Shown: positions 9,141 to 20,374 of the stretch, piece after piece
Position numbering within the stretch: position 1 is the stretch's first letter
How the letters are laid out: each line of letters starts with the position of its first letter
Source: Spirochaetota bacterium
Lineage (GTDB): Bacteria; Spirochaetota; UBA4802; UBA5550
Direction of reading: 5' to 3'
Assembly (NCBI GenBank): GCA_963663865.1
Contig: OY760686.1
Location: 2,528,001 to 2,592,000 of the forward strand
DNA length: 64,000 nucleotides
Notes under the pieces: model-generated
What the model was told of the DNA's origin: nothing
Database searches by the model: none
What the model saw: only the letters and a program-made list of their open reading frames with translations
Made by a program: the position numbers and the translations under genes

Positions 9141-10274
9141 ATGCAGGTTCCCTTTAACATACCATGTCTGACCGGACTCGAAGAAAAATATCTGCTTGAG
9201 CTGGTCCGGTCAGGACGCTTTTCCGGAGACAACCACTTCACGGCTGAATGCCGGGCACGCCTTAAAGAGCTCTATCCTGATTCAATGCCTCTGCTGACGA
9301 CTTCCGGGACATCCGCCCTCGAAATGGCATGCATCCTCACGGAACTCGGGCCCGGGGATGAGGTTATTCTCCCATCCTACACCTTTTCATCTACAGCAAC
9401 TTGCGTAACAATGAGAGGCGCGGTGCCTGTTTTCGTCGATATCCGCCCCGATACGATGAATATAAATGAGCAACTGATTGAAGACGCGGTTACGGATAAA
9501 ACACGCGCCATAATTCCAGTCCACTATGCCGGCATGCCCTGCGAGATGGACACGATATTGGATATCGCCGCAAAACACGGGCTGACTGTTATTGAGGACG
9601 CGGCACAGGCTGCTCTTTCGTTATATAGAGGAACCCCGGCCGGAGCTATCGGCTCCTTCGGCGCGCTCAGTTTCCATGAGACAAAGAACCTCCAGTGCGG
9701 AGAGGGGGGCGCTCTTCTTGTCAACAGAGAGAAATACTTCGGCAGGGCGGAAATCATCAGAGAAAAAGGTACCGACAGGTCAAAGTACTGGAGAGGAGAG
9801 ATAGACAAGTACTCGTGGGTTGACAACGGATCCTCTTTCCTTCCTTCCGAACTATGCTCAGCCTTTCTTCTCCCGCAGCTTCAGAGCGCTGAAGAAATCA
9901 CGTCGCAGAGAAAAAACTCCTGGCGTCTTTACATAGATGCCTCGCAGGAACTCGTTGAAGCGGGACACATTGAGATTCAGATTATTCCCGAAGGCTGCGA
10001 AACTAACGGCCATATTTTCTACATTAAAACAAGTAATATTCAAGTAAGGGAAAAGCTCATGTCGTTTCTCGAAACAAGAGGAATAGCGTCCGTTTTTCAC
10101 TATGTACCGCTGCACAGCTCAAAGGCCGGAAAACGCTTCGGACGTTTCCACGGAGACGATACTTATACAACAGCCGAAAGCATGAGACTTCTGAGACTCC
10201 CCATGTTCCACGGGATCACCTCCGATCAGATTCAGTACACAGTTGAATCAATTGAGGATTTCTACAGGGCATAA
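9141..10274 (+). CDS. wecE: dTDP-4-amino-4,6-dideoxygalactose transaminase (DegT/DnrJ family)
   Basis: VPFN.P start, TTSGTSALEM, PSYTFSST, EDAAQ, SFHETKN (PLP lysine), IIREKGT.R, FHYVPLHSS. Confidence 0.9.
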   Translation: MQVPFNIPCLTGLEEKYLLELVRSGRFSGDNHFTAECRARLKELYPDSMPLLTTSGTSALEMACILTELGPGDEVILPSYTFSSTATCVTMRGAVPVFVDIRPDTMNINEQLIEDAVTDKTRAIIPVHYAGMPCEMDTILDIAAKHGLTVIEDAAQAALSLYRGTPAGAIGSFGALSFHETKNLQCGEGGALLVNREKYFGRAEIIREKGTDRSKYWRGEIDKYSWVDNGSSFLPSELCSAFLLPQLQSAEEITSQRKNSWRLYIDASQELVEAGHIEIQIIPEGCETNGHIFYIKTSNIQVREKLMSFLETRGIASVFHYVPLHSSKAGKRFGRFHGDDTYTTAESMRLLRLPMFHGITSDQIQYTVESIEDFYRA

Positions 10275-10371
10275 AGCTCAACAGAAAGCCCGGGGCTTAG
10301 ACCTAAAAATTGCTTTACATACGCATTTATTTTTTTAAAAACTATTGAAAGAACCTGACCGGAGAAAAGCC

Positions 10372-11301
10372 ATGAAAAATAATTCGCTCTCTTTATCATC
10401 TGCCGTTCTGACTCTCATACTGACCGCATCATGCGCCGGGCCTCAGATAAGCGGCTTTACCGGAGAAGCGCCGGGCCCCGCAAGGGCTCTTAAAAGCACA
10501 CCGGTCTACTCAGAACCGAACAGATCATCAAAGATTATAAGCACAGTCCGGGAAGGCTCGCGCCTTGATGTTGTTTCAAATACGAAAATCAGGGCCTCCC
10601 TCTTCGGAGTAAGCGGGTACTGGCTGACCGTCAAAACCATGAACGGCCTGAAGGGATACGTCTTCGGAGCAGGTATTGAACCTGCGCTTCCACAGGGAAA
10701 TCCAGACGATACTTTCAGACAGTTTTTCCCTGATTGTCCCGGCTCGGCGGAAAACTCAAGCGAATGCGCTTCAATAATGGAAAAGAAGCTTATTGCAGAG
10801 AACCCGAAGCTCTTCATCCGCTCGAAAGGCACTCTCGAACTGAGACTAAGCCGCGGGAAAAAGGCTGTTTACAGGGACAACAAAGTCAACTCTGAAGCCT
10901 ACGCTGCTTCATTTCTTTCAGGGTACTACCAGGACTTTAAACTGGCCCTTGTTCTTCTACAGGGATATGAATCCCTTAATTTCGAACTTGTGCACATGGA
11001 AAGCGGAAGAAAAATCAGGCTGAGTGGACGTCCCGTCTTTTCACCCGACTCCTCGAGATTTACTGCAGTCAGCATGGACCTTGAAGCAGGCTACATCGAC
11101 AACAGGATTGAGATTGTACGCGTTGCCAGAGGCTCATTTATAAAGGAGTTAAGCAGGGATTTATCCTGGGGACCTTCTTCAGCTCAGTGGACTTCCGACA
11201 AAGAACTCCGCCTTACAAGGTGGGACCGTACTTCCAACGGTTTTCTGAAGTTCAGCTCATTCGCTGTAATTGAAGATAATGGATGGGTTCTTTACGAATA
11301 A
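10372..11301 (+). CDS. SH3b-domain lipoprotein
   Basis: Lipobox LTASC; SH3-like W..V....G.KGYVFG; ATG 10372 after GGAG. Confidence 0.65.
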   Translation: MKNNSLSLSSAVLTLILTASCAGPQISGFTGEAPGPARALKSTPVYSEPNRSSKIISTVREGSRLDVVSNTKIRASLFGVSGYWLTVKTMNGLKGYVFGAGIEPALPQGNPDDTFRQFFPDCPGSAENSSECASIMEKKLIAENPKLFIRSKGTLELRLSRGKKAVYRDNKVNSEAYAASFLSGYYQDFKLALVLLQGYESLNFELVHMESGRKIRLSGRPVFSPDSSRFTAVSMDLEAGYIDNRIEIVRVARGSFIKELSRDLSWGPSSAQWTSDKELRLTRWDRTSNGFLKFSSFAVIEDNGWVLYE

Positions 11302-11411
11302 ACAGTCAACCTTAATTGTCACGCGGCAATTCGTCACATAAATACCGCTTTGTCATAGACAGATTATTCAGGCATCAATAAGCCGGAAATCAGAGCGATA
11401 CAGGATCAGAC

Positions 11412-12221
11412 ATGATATCAGACAATGTATTATTCGCCCTTGGAGTTACTGCCGTAGCCGGACTTGCAACCGGCATAGGCAGCGCGATGGCATTTCTCGC
11501 CAAGAAGTTCAATCCGAAGTTTCTGGCCCTTTCGCTGGGCTTTTCAGCGGGAGTCATGATTTACGTCTCGCTTATCGAAATATTCGTTAAGGCAAAGGAC
11601 GCCCTCACCGTGATTTACGGCGACCGCCCTGGTTACTGGATAACCGTCATAGCCTTTTTCGCGGGAATAGGCCTGATTGCCCTCATAGATAATCTGGTTC
11701 CATCCCACGAAAACCCGCATGAAATGAAACAGGTCAAGTGCTGCGGCGATGAGTCCTTCCAGCCCGATAAAAAGCTCATGAGGATGGGGCTCTTTTCTGC
11801 CCTGGCAATAGGCATTCACAACTTCCCTGAAGGCATAGCAACTTTCATGTCGGCGCTGCATGACCCCGCGATGGGAATCAGCATCGGAGCCGCTATCATG
11901 ATCCACAACATACCGGAAGGCATAGCCGTCTCTGTACCCATTTACTACGCGACCAGAAGCCGCAGGAAGGCCTTCACTCTGTCATTTCTTTCCGGGTTGG
12001 CCGAGCCCGTCGGCGCCCTCATAGGCTTTGCCCTTATCAACACCTTCTTTTCCGAAGATATCTTCGGTCTGGTATTCGCGGCGGTAGCCGGTATCATGGT
12101 GTATATTTCACTCGACGAGCTGATGCCTACCGCAGAGGAATACGGCGAGCATCATATAGCTATAGGAGGCCTCATTGCCGGTATGGCGGTTATGGCTGTG
12201 AGCTTGATACTTTTTTCCTGA
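11412..12221 (+). CDS. zupT: ZIP-family zinc/divalent metal transporter ZupT
   Basis: [42 protein letters not shown]. Confidence 0.92.
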   Translation: MISDNVLFALGVTAVAGLATGIGSAMAFLAKKFNPKFLALSLGFSAGVMIYVSLIEIFVKAKDALTVIYGDRPGYWITVIAFFAGIGLIALIDNLVPSHENPHEMKQVKCCGDESFQPDKKLMRMGLFSALAIGIHNFPEGIATFMSALHDPAMGISIGAAIMIHNIPEGIAVSVPIYYATRSRRKAFTLSFLSGLAEPVGALIGFALINTFFSEDIFGLVFAAVAGIMVYISLDELMPTAEEYGEHHIAIGGLIAGMAVMAVSLILFS

Positions 12222-12259
12222 GCCAGATTTCTTTATACTGAATTGCTGGAGATAAAAAC

Positions 12260-13192
12260 ATGTTCACTTCATTTTTAAAAAAAACCCTGTTGTCCGCGGC
12301 ATCGGCAACCTTCATCATGAACGCCGCCGGGGCTCAGTCAATTGACCTTAATCCTTCGTCCAGGGCAATTGACGGCATTTCAAACACAGCATCATCAATA
12401 ATATCCGACAGCTTCGTTCCCATGACGCATTATAAGGAGGGGGATATTAACATAAGCGCTGTTCCCGCTTATTTCAGAGTCGACCGTGCCTATGACAGTC
12501 CGGGCGTTTCCGGCGACGATCTCAGCGGATATGCGGCAGGACTCGGCGCGGGATACGCTCACAGCAGCCGCCTGATGTTTTACGGTATAGCCGGTTTTAT
12601 GAGGATAACCGGAGGCCTTGAGTCAGCCTTTTATACGGGGCTTACAGATGAATCCTTCAAAATGGACACAGAGTACAGCGTGGTTTCATTAAACGCAGGC
12701 GCCGGATACGACCTGGTCGAAAACGATTGCTTTTCAATCCCTGTCTACCTCGGCCTTTCTTTCCAGTACTACAGCGGATCTGGGAAGCTTCCATCTTACA
12801 GCGCCTTCAACAGCACAGCATCGCTTTCCGTTGAAAGCTCAGGACTTCTTGCGGGGATCTCAGCCGGCATAGCCCCTTCCTATAAGCTGATGGATACGTT
12901 TGTATTCACCCCGTACTTTCTGTACACCTTCAGCTTCAACTCAGCCGAATCAGAGGCCAGGACCGAATTGAGCGGCACCATTTCGCAAAGAGATGAACAC
13001 GGCCTTGGCACATCGCCGTTCAGAAAGGGAATGATCGGCTTCGCATTTACCTGGAAAAGCTCGCGCAGTCTCTCATTTTCAGTTTCGGCAGGCGGCTGGA
13101 TCAGAGACGCGGGCTCCTGGTACAATGATGAGTTTCTTAACGGCCTGGAAATGAAATCTGCCGTAGTTGCAGTATCGTACAGTGTTCGTTAG
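12260..13192 (+). CDS. Putative outer-membrane beta-barrel protein
   Basis: Signal peptide; alternating aromatic/Gly strands (AGLGAGYA, LNAGAGYDL, VAVSYSVR). Confidence 0.55.
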   Translation: MFTSFLKKTLLSAASATFIMNAAGAQSIDLNPSSRAIDGISNTASSIISDSFVPMTHYKEGDINISAVPAYFRVDRAYDSPGVSGDDLSGYAAGLGAGYAHSSRLMFYGIAGFMRITGGLESAFYTGLTDESFKMDTEYSVVSLNAGAGYDLVENDCFSIPVYLGLSFQYYSGSGKLPSYSAFNSTASLSVESSGLLAGISAGIAPSYKLMDTFVFTPYFLYTFSFNSAESEARTELSGTISQRDEHGLGTSPFRKGMIGFAFTWKSSRSLSFSVSAGGWIRDAGSWYNDEFLNGLEMKSAVVAVSYSVR

Positions 13193-13278
13193 CAGACAGC
13201 TAAAAATAATACGCATAAAACATCCCCGAGTTTGCTTCATTCCCCCGGTCAGCAAGCAAACTCAGGCCTCTGATAATT

Positions 13279-13316
13279 CATAAGCGGCTCTGGAGGCCGC
13301 TTATGTAATTTTTTTT
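13279..13316 (+). terminator. Rho-independent terminator between convergent genes
   Basis: CATAAGCGGC/GCCGCTTATG stem followed by a T-tract; a second hairpin GAGTTTGCTT/AAGCAAACTC lies at 13228-13263. Confidence 0.7.
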
Positions 13317-13324
13317 GATTTAAA

Positions 13325-14533
13325 CTACCCTATCCTGTCAGCAAGTTCTCTGACGGCGGCCCTTGTTTTTTCAAGGTCATCCTCAGTTGGATTGCCTTTA
13401 AATGTTACGCTTTTCCCGAAGCTCCAGCCGAGCTTGTAGCTTTCAACAATCTCATTGAGCTCCTTCTCGGCTCCACCCGACCATCCGTATGAGCCGACAT
13501 AGAGGGCCTTCCTTTTTTCAATTTTCTTCCTTCCAATATCGTCAATCACGGCTGCCATGGGCGGGAACATCTTGTACTCATAGGTCGGTGCGGCTATGAT
13601 AACTCCCCTGGCCCTTAAAACCGCGGGAAGCACAAATGAAACATGCGTCTCGGGAATATTCAAAGCTTCAAACCTGACACCGAGCCTGGTCAGCTCATCC
13701 TTTATTACAGCGGTTGCCTTATCCGTGCTTCCATACATGCTTGAATACAGAAGCGTGATGCTGTCCCCGGCATTCCCTTTTGACCACTCTGTAAACCTGG
13801 CAAAGAGTCCCTTTACATAGTCAGGGTCTGAGGCAAAAACCGTCCCGTGAGCGGGTGCTATGACCCTCACATTGCGGTCTGCAAAAACGTCGAGGCCTTT
13901 CGCTACAAAGCCGTGAAACGCGCCAAGAATGTTTGCATAATATCTGAGCGCCTCTTCCTTGTAAAGCGGAAGGCTTTCCGCGTAAAACTCGGGCGTGTCG
14001 GTATGGGGGAATATTCCGTACGCCCCGTAGCCGTCACATGTAAAAAGAGTGCCTGTAGTCCTTTCGAGCGTAAACATTGTCTCAGGCCAGTGTATATTCG
14101 GAGCCATCTGGAACTCGAGTTCCGCGCCTCCAAGTTCAAGCACATCGCCGTTTTTAACGGCCATGGTTCTGTAGCTGTCTCCGTAGAATGCCTTCGCAAG
14201 CTCAAGGCCCTTCGCGCTCGAGACCAGAGTAAAATCAGAGTGTATCTTCACGAAGGACTCAAGCCAGCCCGTGTGGTCAGGCTCAAGGTGGTTGAAGACG
14301 ACATAGTCAATGTCCTCAGGCTTCATGTCCGCTTCCGCGAGCGCTTCGTACAGGGTTTCAGGAACCCCGTCCCAGCCGCATACACCGTCAATCACAGCGC
14401 AGAAGTTATCACCCTTTACGAGATATGAGTTCATCATCACCCCGTGAGGCACCGGCCAGATGCTCTCGAAGAGAAAATCAGAAGCGGTAGCTGTTATCTT
14501 ATAAACCGAATCGTTAATTTTATGTAGTTTCAT
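13325..14533 (-). CDS. fprA: FprA-type flavodiiron protein (A-type flavoprotein; O2/NO reductase)
   Basis: NSYLV, NHLEPDHTG, HWPETM, TCD, PAHG metallo-beta-lactamase ligands; flavodoxin SMYGST and GSYGWSGGA. Confidence 0.9.
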   Translation of the reverse strand: MKLHKINDSVYKITATASDFLFESIWPVPHGVMMNSYLVKGDNFCAVIDGVCGWDGVPETLYEALAEADMKPEDIDYVVFNHLEPDHTGWLESFVKIHSDFTLVSSAKGLELAKAFYGDSYRTMAVKNGDVLELGGAELEFQMAPNIHWPETMFTLERTTGTLFTCDGYGAYGIFPHTDTPEFYAESLPLYKEEALRYYANILGAFHGFVAKGLDVFADRNVRVIAPAHGTVFASDPDYVKGLFARFTEWSKGNAGDSITLLYSSMYGSTDKATAVIKDELTRLGVRFEALNIPETHVSFVLPAVLRARGVIIAAPTYEYKMFPPMAAVIDDIGRKKIEKRKALYVGSYGWSGGAEKELNEIVESYKLGWSFGKSVTFKGNPTEDDLEKTRAAVRELADRIG

Positions 14534-14614
14534 TTTTTCCCCTTACTCATGAAATTTATATACTCTAAGAATCCCCGCAGCTTCAACGCAATGCGGGTTC
14601 CCTGAATGACTGTT

Positions 14615-16726
14615 TTACCTTGCCGTCTCAAAATCACGCGGATCTATCAGATCGGGCCTGGATGCAAGCTTGCCGTCAAGGGCTTTAACAGCCACAGCAC
14701 GCCAGGCATCGAACTCCGGAAGGGACGCCGACCTGTATAGAAAATACCTCAGCTGAAGCTTCCACTTTGCATCACCCTTATCCGGCGCGTTTTTATCCCC
14801 CCCTAAAGAAGGCCAGGACGACGAAATGCCGTAATTATAGACGGTAGCAAGCCCGAATGGATCGTTGCCGAGGTTCATGCTCAGCCAGTGTATGGCTGAC
14901 CTTTCGTCTCCGCTTTTCCAGAGATAAGATACTGCGCTGTTAGTCACATCGGCAAGAAGTTTCTTGCTGACATGCGACCTTTCGCCTGTCTCAACAAGTA
15001 GTTTGAAAGCCCCTTCGACAGCGCCTTTTCGATAAAGCTCTGAGGCCTTTATGCTGGCCGAGGCCCCTTCTGTAATCACTTCAAATTTGGAACCGTTATA
15101 ATTCTTCTTCATTCCCATGAGAATAGCGCGCGCCCCGGCGAGATCGCCGATTCCTGAAGCGAAGAGGCAGGCGTCCCTCGCATTCTCAATGTTCCTGATA
15201 TTGGAAATATTATCAGCAGGCAGCGGAAGCGAGTGTGAAAGCTTTATCTCCCTCCTGACAAACACCGCACCCGATGGACCGTAGAAAGCTGTCTTCCACT
15301 CCGGCGCCGATTCGAAGTACCTCATAAGCTGCCTGTCTGTGTACAATACATTTATAACATCAAAAGGCCTTTTGGACAGAAATGCGTCAACCCTGCCCCT
15401 CGAAGCGAATCCTATGTAATCCTGAAACCACCCGGCAAAAGGGAAATAGCGCGGATCAATCATTATGGGCGTTTCGGGCGCCAGCCTCCAGAGCATGTAG
15501 CCGCCGTTGTTGTATACATTCCCGATACGGTAATCGCGCAGGTTGGCGGCTATATATTCAGTCTCCGCCTCTGAGTTGACATAGGAGTTACCGAGCCCGA
15601 ACCATCCTCCATCGTAGGGTTTAGCTGCCGCCCTGTAAACCGAATACGCGCCGAAAAGCAGCGCAATCAATGAGGCGGCAATAAGCGGGACAGCCGGTTT
15701 CTTTTTGAATTTTACATGTCCCCCATCCGGATCAATTGCGAAAAGGGCCCCAAAGGCGAATATCGGCCCCCAGAAAAACATTGTCCTCTGAAAGACCGCG
15801 TAGAGTACACCGTAAAAGATTACAGTCAGAAACAGTGCCGCGTCGATCCTGCGTCCCCTTCCGAACAAAAAGACCGCTATCAGAAGGAGCATCACAGTTA
15901 TACCGAGCAGAGCCATTGAAACCGGATCGCCGGCTGAACTCCTGTAGGCTATTATTGCCCTGAGCCCGAGATCGTAGCTCCCTCCGGAAAGCTCGGATGC
16001 CAGCTGAAGCGGATACTTCCAGCCGTAGGGTGTAACAGCGGAGGAAGCAAAGGACAAGAACACAGCAATGGCAAGGTTCCTTCTTTTTGTGGAGCCCATA
16101 ACGGCAGCCGGATTTAGTTTTGAATTAATGATATCGCCGGCCAGAAAAAGCGCGGCGAACGGGAGGCCGAATATGAAAGCGCCGTGGCTGTTCACCCATA
16201 ACACAAACACAAGGGGCAGAAAGAAGAATCCCCGGCCGGAAGAGTCCTCATCAGCTCTCACTTTATAAAGTATAAAAACGATGAGTGACATGAACAAAAA
16301 TGAAAACATGTCCGGCTTTATCTGCGCTGAAGACGAGGATGCGGCAAGAAGAGCAGCTGCTGCCAGCGGGGCCGTAATTGGATAAAATAACAGCTTCCTT
16401 TTTTTCGCAAAAAGCATGACCAGCAGAATGAAACATGCCGGTATGAGATATCTCAGGGCGGAAAGGAGCTTCATCCCCCCGACGTTGTAAGACCAGTACA
16501 TCAGAAGCTCGGGAATCCACGCGCAGTATATTGTGTCATTTGAAGCCGGGGTCCATGTATACGCTGAGTGGTCCGGTATCAGGCTGCAGCTGCTCGCCAT
16601 GGCGCGTCCGTAAGCCATGTGCCACCAGGTGTCCCCATCCCCCACAGGAGAAGTGTAAGCTGAAATAATAATCGAAATGATTGATACAGCAAAAAATACA
16701 GCGTATATCTTCGATGCCGTTTTCAT
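14615..16726 (-). CDS. Polytopic membrane protein, putative GT-C-type glycosyltransferase with soluble C-terminal domain
   Basis: DGDTWWHMAYG first-loop motif, LWVNSHGAF, about 10 TM helices, YNNGGYMLW..IDPR. Confidence 0.55.
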   Translation of the reverse strand: MKTASKIYAVFFAVSIISIIISAYTSPVGDGDTWWHMAYGRAMASSCSLIPDHSAYTWTPASNDTIYCAWIPELLMYWSYNVGGMKLLSALRYLIPACFILLVMLFAKKRKLLFYPITAPLAAAALLAASSSSAQIKPDMFSFLFMSLIVFILYKVRADEDSSGRGFFFLPLVFVLWVNSHGAFIFGLPFAALFLAGDIINSKLNPAAVMGSTKRRNLAIAVFLSFASSAVTPYGWKYPLQLASELSGGSYDLGLRAIIAYRSSAGDPVSMALLGITVMLLLIAVFLFGRGRRIDAALFLTVIFYGVLYAVFQRTMFFWGPIFAFGALFAIDPDGGHVKFKKKPAVPLIAASLIALLFGAYSVYRAAAKPYDGGWFGLGNSYVNSEAETEYIAANLRDYRIGNVYNNGGYMLWRLAPETPIMIDPRYFPFAGWFQDYIGFASRGRVDAFLSKRPFDVINVLYTDRQLMRYFESAPEWKTAFYGPSGAVFVRREIKLSHSLPLPADNISNIRNIENARDACLFASGIGDLAGARAILMGMKKNYNGSKFEVITEGASASIKASELYRKGAVEGAFKLLVETGERSHVSKKLLADVTNSAVSYLWKSGDERSAIHWLSMNLGNDPFGLATVYNYGISSSWPSLGGDKNAPDKGDAKWKLQLRYFLYRSASLPEFDAWRAVAVKALDGKLASRPDLIDPRDFETAR

Positions 16727-16849
16727 TTAAGTTAACCTCTATCCATTGCGGCCGGGCCCGACACGTTAAGTTCTAATCTATGATCTGCCTATCCGGCTGA
16801 AATGATGTCAAGCAGCTATTTTTAAATACTTATGACATAAGGACTTTAA

Positions 16850-16998
16850 AACGGACGCGTCCGTTCATTTTTTCAAAAAGTATTGACAGCTTATTATATA
16901 AGTGTATACAAGTGAGATTATATTTATTAAATATATCTTACATAAATTTATTTTTTGTCCATACATTTTTAATTAGCATTAAACTGCTTGCAGTTTAA
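16850..16998 (+). promoter_or_regulatory. Promoter region of the fadL-like gene with two palindromic operator candidates
   Basis: Perfect palindrome AACGGACGCGTCCGTT 16850-16865; TTGACA 16883-16888; TTAAACTGC-TT-GCAGTTTAA 16979-16998. Confidence 0.5.
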
Positions 16999-17025
16999 AT
17001 ATTTTTGTACACATCTGGAGGATTT

Positions 17026-18363
17026 ATGAAAAAGGTTTCGCTCTTTTCAGCAGCCATGCTTGCCCTCGTCTTCTCGGCGGGCAGCCTTTACGCCGGAAGC
17101 GTTGACGCACTCGGCAATCTTAGCGCTGAATATGTCAGGTCGCTCAGCCGCAACGCATCAACTGACACCGACGCTGTGAGCTACAACCCCGCAGGAGTCA
17201 TGCACCTCGAAAACGGACTCTATGGAAATGTCGGATGCCAGTATCTTTTAAAGGATTACAGCATGACGGACAACAATGCTGACACCACAAGGCTCTGGAA
17301 CAAAGATGAGTATTCATCAGACACACCGAGCATTATTCCAAACGCGTACGTTGTTTATAAGGCAGACAAATGGTCAGCATTCGGCTCATTCAACGCAGTT
17401 GCCGGCGGTGGAGATGTGGAGTATGACGGCGGATCTCCGATGATAGGTACAGCGATAGGCGGCTCAGCCTACGCCGCAGCCCTGACTGCAGGCGCTGATG
17501 CTGCAACAGCGATGGCAACAGCTCAGCAGACTACCTCTTTCATTGACAGCCTCAAGGCTAAATCACAGTACCTTTCCGGAACAATTGGAGGCGCTTACAA
17601 GATTAACAATATGTTTTCGGTATCACTTGCCGGACGCTATGTAAACGGAGTCAAAGAGTTTGACATCAGCTCAACCCAGGCGGTTACCGGACTCTCTGAA
17701 GGAACCAACATCGCTAAAGTTGAAATGAACACATGGGGACTTACAGGAATCATCGGTGTTGACGTCACTCCTATGGAAGGCCTCAACATCGGACTAAGAT
17801 ACGAATCTGAAACATCTCTGGAATGGGACACTGAGGTAAGCGGCGCGCAGATTGCTCTTGCCCAGGGACTCGGCTACGTCGACGGCGGAACTGAGAAGAA
17901 GAACCTTCCTCAGCTTGCTTCAATCGGAATCGCTTACAACATCCTTCCGGAACTCAAAGCCTCTGCTTCCTTTACATACTACATGATTAAGTGGTCGACA
18001 TGGGAACATGACAACGGAACAGAAACAAATGAAGACTATGACAATGGATTTGATGCCGCAATATCACTGGAGTACTCAATCATGCCTGAGCTTCTCGTGA
18101 GCGCCGGCTATATGTACACACAGACAGGAGCCAACGAAGACACACTGACCGATTTCGAAATGGCCCTCGACGCCAACGTCGTAGCTCTTGGAGCACGATA
18201 TGAGGTAATGCCGGGTCTTCTCGTTAATGCCGGCTTCCAGTGGGCAATGTACATTGACGGAACCGGAAACCCGACTCTTCCGGGTTCACCTGACCCCGAA
18301 GACATCACTTACGCCAAAGATGTTAAAAACTTCGCCCTCGGAGTTCAGTACAAATTCATGTAA
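17026..18363 (+). CDS. OmpP1/FadL family outer-membrane transporter
   Basis: RNAS..DAVSYNPAG hatch motif (NPA), beta-barrel ending QYKF; ATG 17026 after GGAGG. Confidence 0.85.
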   Translation: MKKVSLFSAAMLALVFSAGSLYAGSVDALGNLSAEYVRSLSRNASTDTDAVSYNPAGVMHLENGLYGNVGCQYLLKDYSMTDNNADTTRLWNKDEYSSDTPSIIPNAYVVYKADKWSAFGSFNAVAGGGDVEYDGGSPMIGTAIGGSAYAAALTAGADAATAMATAQQTTSFIDSLKAKSQYLSGTIGGAYKINNMFSVSLAGRYVNGVKEFDISSTQAVTGLSEGTNIAKVEMNTWGLTGIIGVDVTPMEGLNIGLRYESETSLEWDTEVSGAQIALAQGLGYVDGGTEKKNLPQLASIGIAYNILPELKASASFTYYMIKWSTWEHDNGTETNEDYDNGFDAAISLEYSIMPELLVSAGYMYTQTGANEDTLTDFEMALDANVVALGARYEVMPGLLVNAGFQWAMYIDGTGNPTLPGSPDPEDITYAKDVKNFALGVQYKFM

Positions 18364-18380
18364 TATCGACAGGCGGACGC

Positions 18381-18413
18381 AAAAAACCCGGATTTTACAA
18401 TCCGGGTTTTTTT
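18381..18413. terminator. Bidirectional Rho-independent terminator
   Basis: AAAAAACCCGGATT-TTAC-AATCCGGGTTTTTTT between convergent fadL-like gene and pyrG. Confidence 0.9.
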
Positions 18414-18431
18414 GCGTTTATGTACTCAGCT

Positions 18432-20069
18432 TCAGGCTTCGTCTGAATGCTCTGCCGCGGCTCTTATGAAATCCCTGAAGAGCGGATGCGGTGTCGTGGG
18501 CCTTGACTTAAACTCAGGGTGGTACTGTGTCGCGTAAAACCACGGATGCTCCGGTATCTCAATGGTTTCTACAAGGTTTTTCTGCGGATATATGCCTCCG
18601 AAAACCATACCGCCTTCCTCGTAGGCCTTTCTGTACCTTAGAGTAAATTCAAATCGATGACGGTGCCTCTCCTGTATCGCGTCCTGGCCGTATATCTTCC
18701 TGATACCGCTGCCCTCCTGCAGGCTGCACGGATAGGACCCCAGCCTCATCGTTCCGCCCTTGTCGACTACCAGCTCCTGTTCTTCAAGCAGAGAGATTAC
18801 AGGATGAGCGGCCTCAGGGTCAATCTCAGTTGTGTGAGCATTGTCGAGACCGCAGACATTGCGGCCGAATTCAATAACAGCGCAGTGAAGCCCCAGGCAG
18901 ATTCCAAAAAAAGGAACCCTGTTTTCACGGGCAAACTTTATAGCGGCAATCTTTCCCTCAATTCCTCTGTTCCCGAATCCTCCGGGAACAAGAACACCGT
19001 CAACCCCCTCAAGCAGCGTCTCCGCGCTCGTTCCCTTCTGACAGTTCTCAATGTCCTCGGAGTCAATGCGTACGATTTGAAGCTCGGTCTGATTCGCAAC
19101 AGCGCCGTGAGTCAGCGCCTCATAGATGGATCTATACGCGTCCTGCAGGGCAATGTATTTCCCTACCACCGCTATTTTCACCTTTTTAAGCGGATTCCGC
19201 TGCATCTCGATAAAGCGGTCCCAGGCAGGAATGCGAAGCGGGCTGTCTGGAAGATTGAAGTGCTCAAGAACAATCTTATCGTACTCGTTTCTAATAAACA
19301 TGTACACAATCTCATAAATTGATCCCTTAACATCCTCAGCCGATATAACCTTTCTTTCTGAAACATTGCAGAACAGTGCTATCTTGGACTTCATTTCCTG
19401 GGATAGGGCCTTTGATGTTCGCGCCAGAAGCATATCAGGAATTATTCCGAGCTCCATAAGCTCCTTGACCGAATGCTGAGTCGGTTTTGTCTTGTGCTCT
19501 CCCGCGACCGAAATAACCGGAACAAGGGTAAGATGTATATTGAGGACCCGGGATAATCCCAGCTCATGCCTTATCTGCCTGATTGCCTCAAGAAAAGGAA
19601 CTGACTCGATATCTCCGACTGTCCCGCCTATTTCAACAAGAACGAAGTCAAGTTCCGGGTCATCACTGGCGACATCAAAAATTCTCTTCTTTATTTCATT
19701 GGTGATGTGGGGAATAACCTGAACAGTCCTTCCCAGATAATCGCCCCTTCTTTCGCGCTGAATAACTGTATTATAGATTTGACCTGTCGATACTGAATTC
19801 TTCTGAGACAGCCTGGCGTTTGTAAACCGCTCGTAATAGCCCAGATCCAGATCAGTCTCTGCCCCGTCATCCGTCACGTAAACCTCGCCATGCTGGTATG
19901 GGCTCATCGTTCCAGGGTCAATGTTGATGTAAGGATCCATTTTTATCAGCGAGATTTTATAACCATGTCCTTCAAGAAGCAGTCCCAGAGAAGCCACGGA
20001 TATCCCCTTACCAAGAGATGAACACACACCTCCGGTTACAAATATAAACCTTGTCTTTTTGTTTTCCAT
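18432..20069 (-). CDS. pyrG: CTP synthase
   Basis: [58 protein letters not shown]. Confidence 0.98.
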   Translation of the reverse strand: MENKKTRFIFVTGGVCSSLGKGISVASLGLLLEGHGYKISLIKMDPYINIDPGTMSPYQHGEVYVTDDGAETDLDLGYYERFTNARLSQKNSVSTGQIYNTVIQRERRGDYLGRTVQVIPHITNEIKKRIFDVASDDPELDFVLVEIGGTVGDIESVPFLEAIRQIRHELGLSRVLNIHLTLVPVISVAGEHKTKPTQHSVKELMELGIIPDMLLARTSKALSQEMKSKIALFCNVSERKVISAEDVKGSIYEIVYMFIRNEYDKIVLEHFNLPDSPLRIPAWDRFIEMQRNPLKKVKIAVVGKYIALQDAYRSIYEALTHGAVANQTELQIVRIDSEDIENCQKGTSAETLLEGVDGVLVPGGFGNRGIEGKIAAIKFARENRVPFFGICLGLHCAVIEFGRNVCGLDNAHTTEIDPEAAHPVISLLEEQELVVDKGGTMRLGSYPCSLQEGSGIRKIYGQDAIQERHRHRFEFTLRYRKAYEEGGMVFGGIYPQKNLVETIEIPEHPWFYATQYHPEFKSRPTTPHPLFRDFIRAAAEHSDEA

Positions 20070-20374
20070 TGCGAATTTCCTCTATTTTCCATTAAAGGCC
20101 GTGAAGAAAAAAATTGGAATACACCCGGAACAGGCACTGCGGATACAGGCCGTCAAAAGTCCGGAAATATTGAAAAAACACAGCCGCTATTAAGGCTATA
20201 TCTGATCGGCCCCGAATTAATCAAGGTTTTTATTCCATGAAGGTTTGAATTAATCATTTTCAGCCCTCTAAATCTGATTAAAGATAACTTGACACCGGGA
20301 CCGGGTGAAGTTAGATTCGCTGACAGCGGTATGGATTCATGATACTGCCCGTTCATCAACAAACCGGAGGAGCT

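Noticed and set aside
11302-11411. DtxR/MntR or Zur box upstream of zupT
   Set aside because: No convincing AT-rich palindrome found
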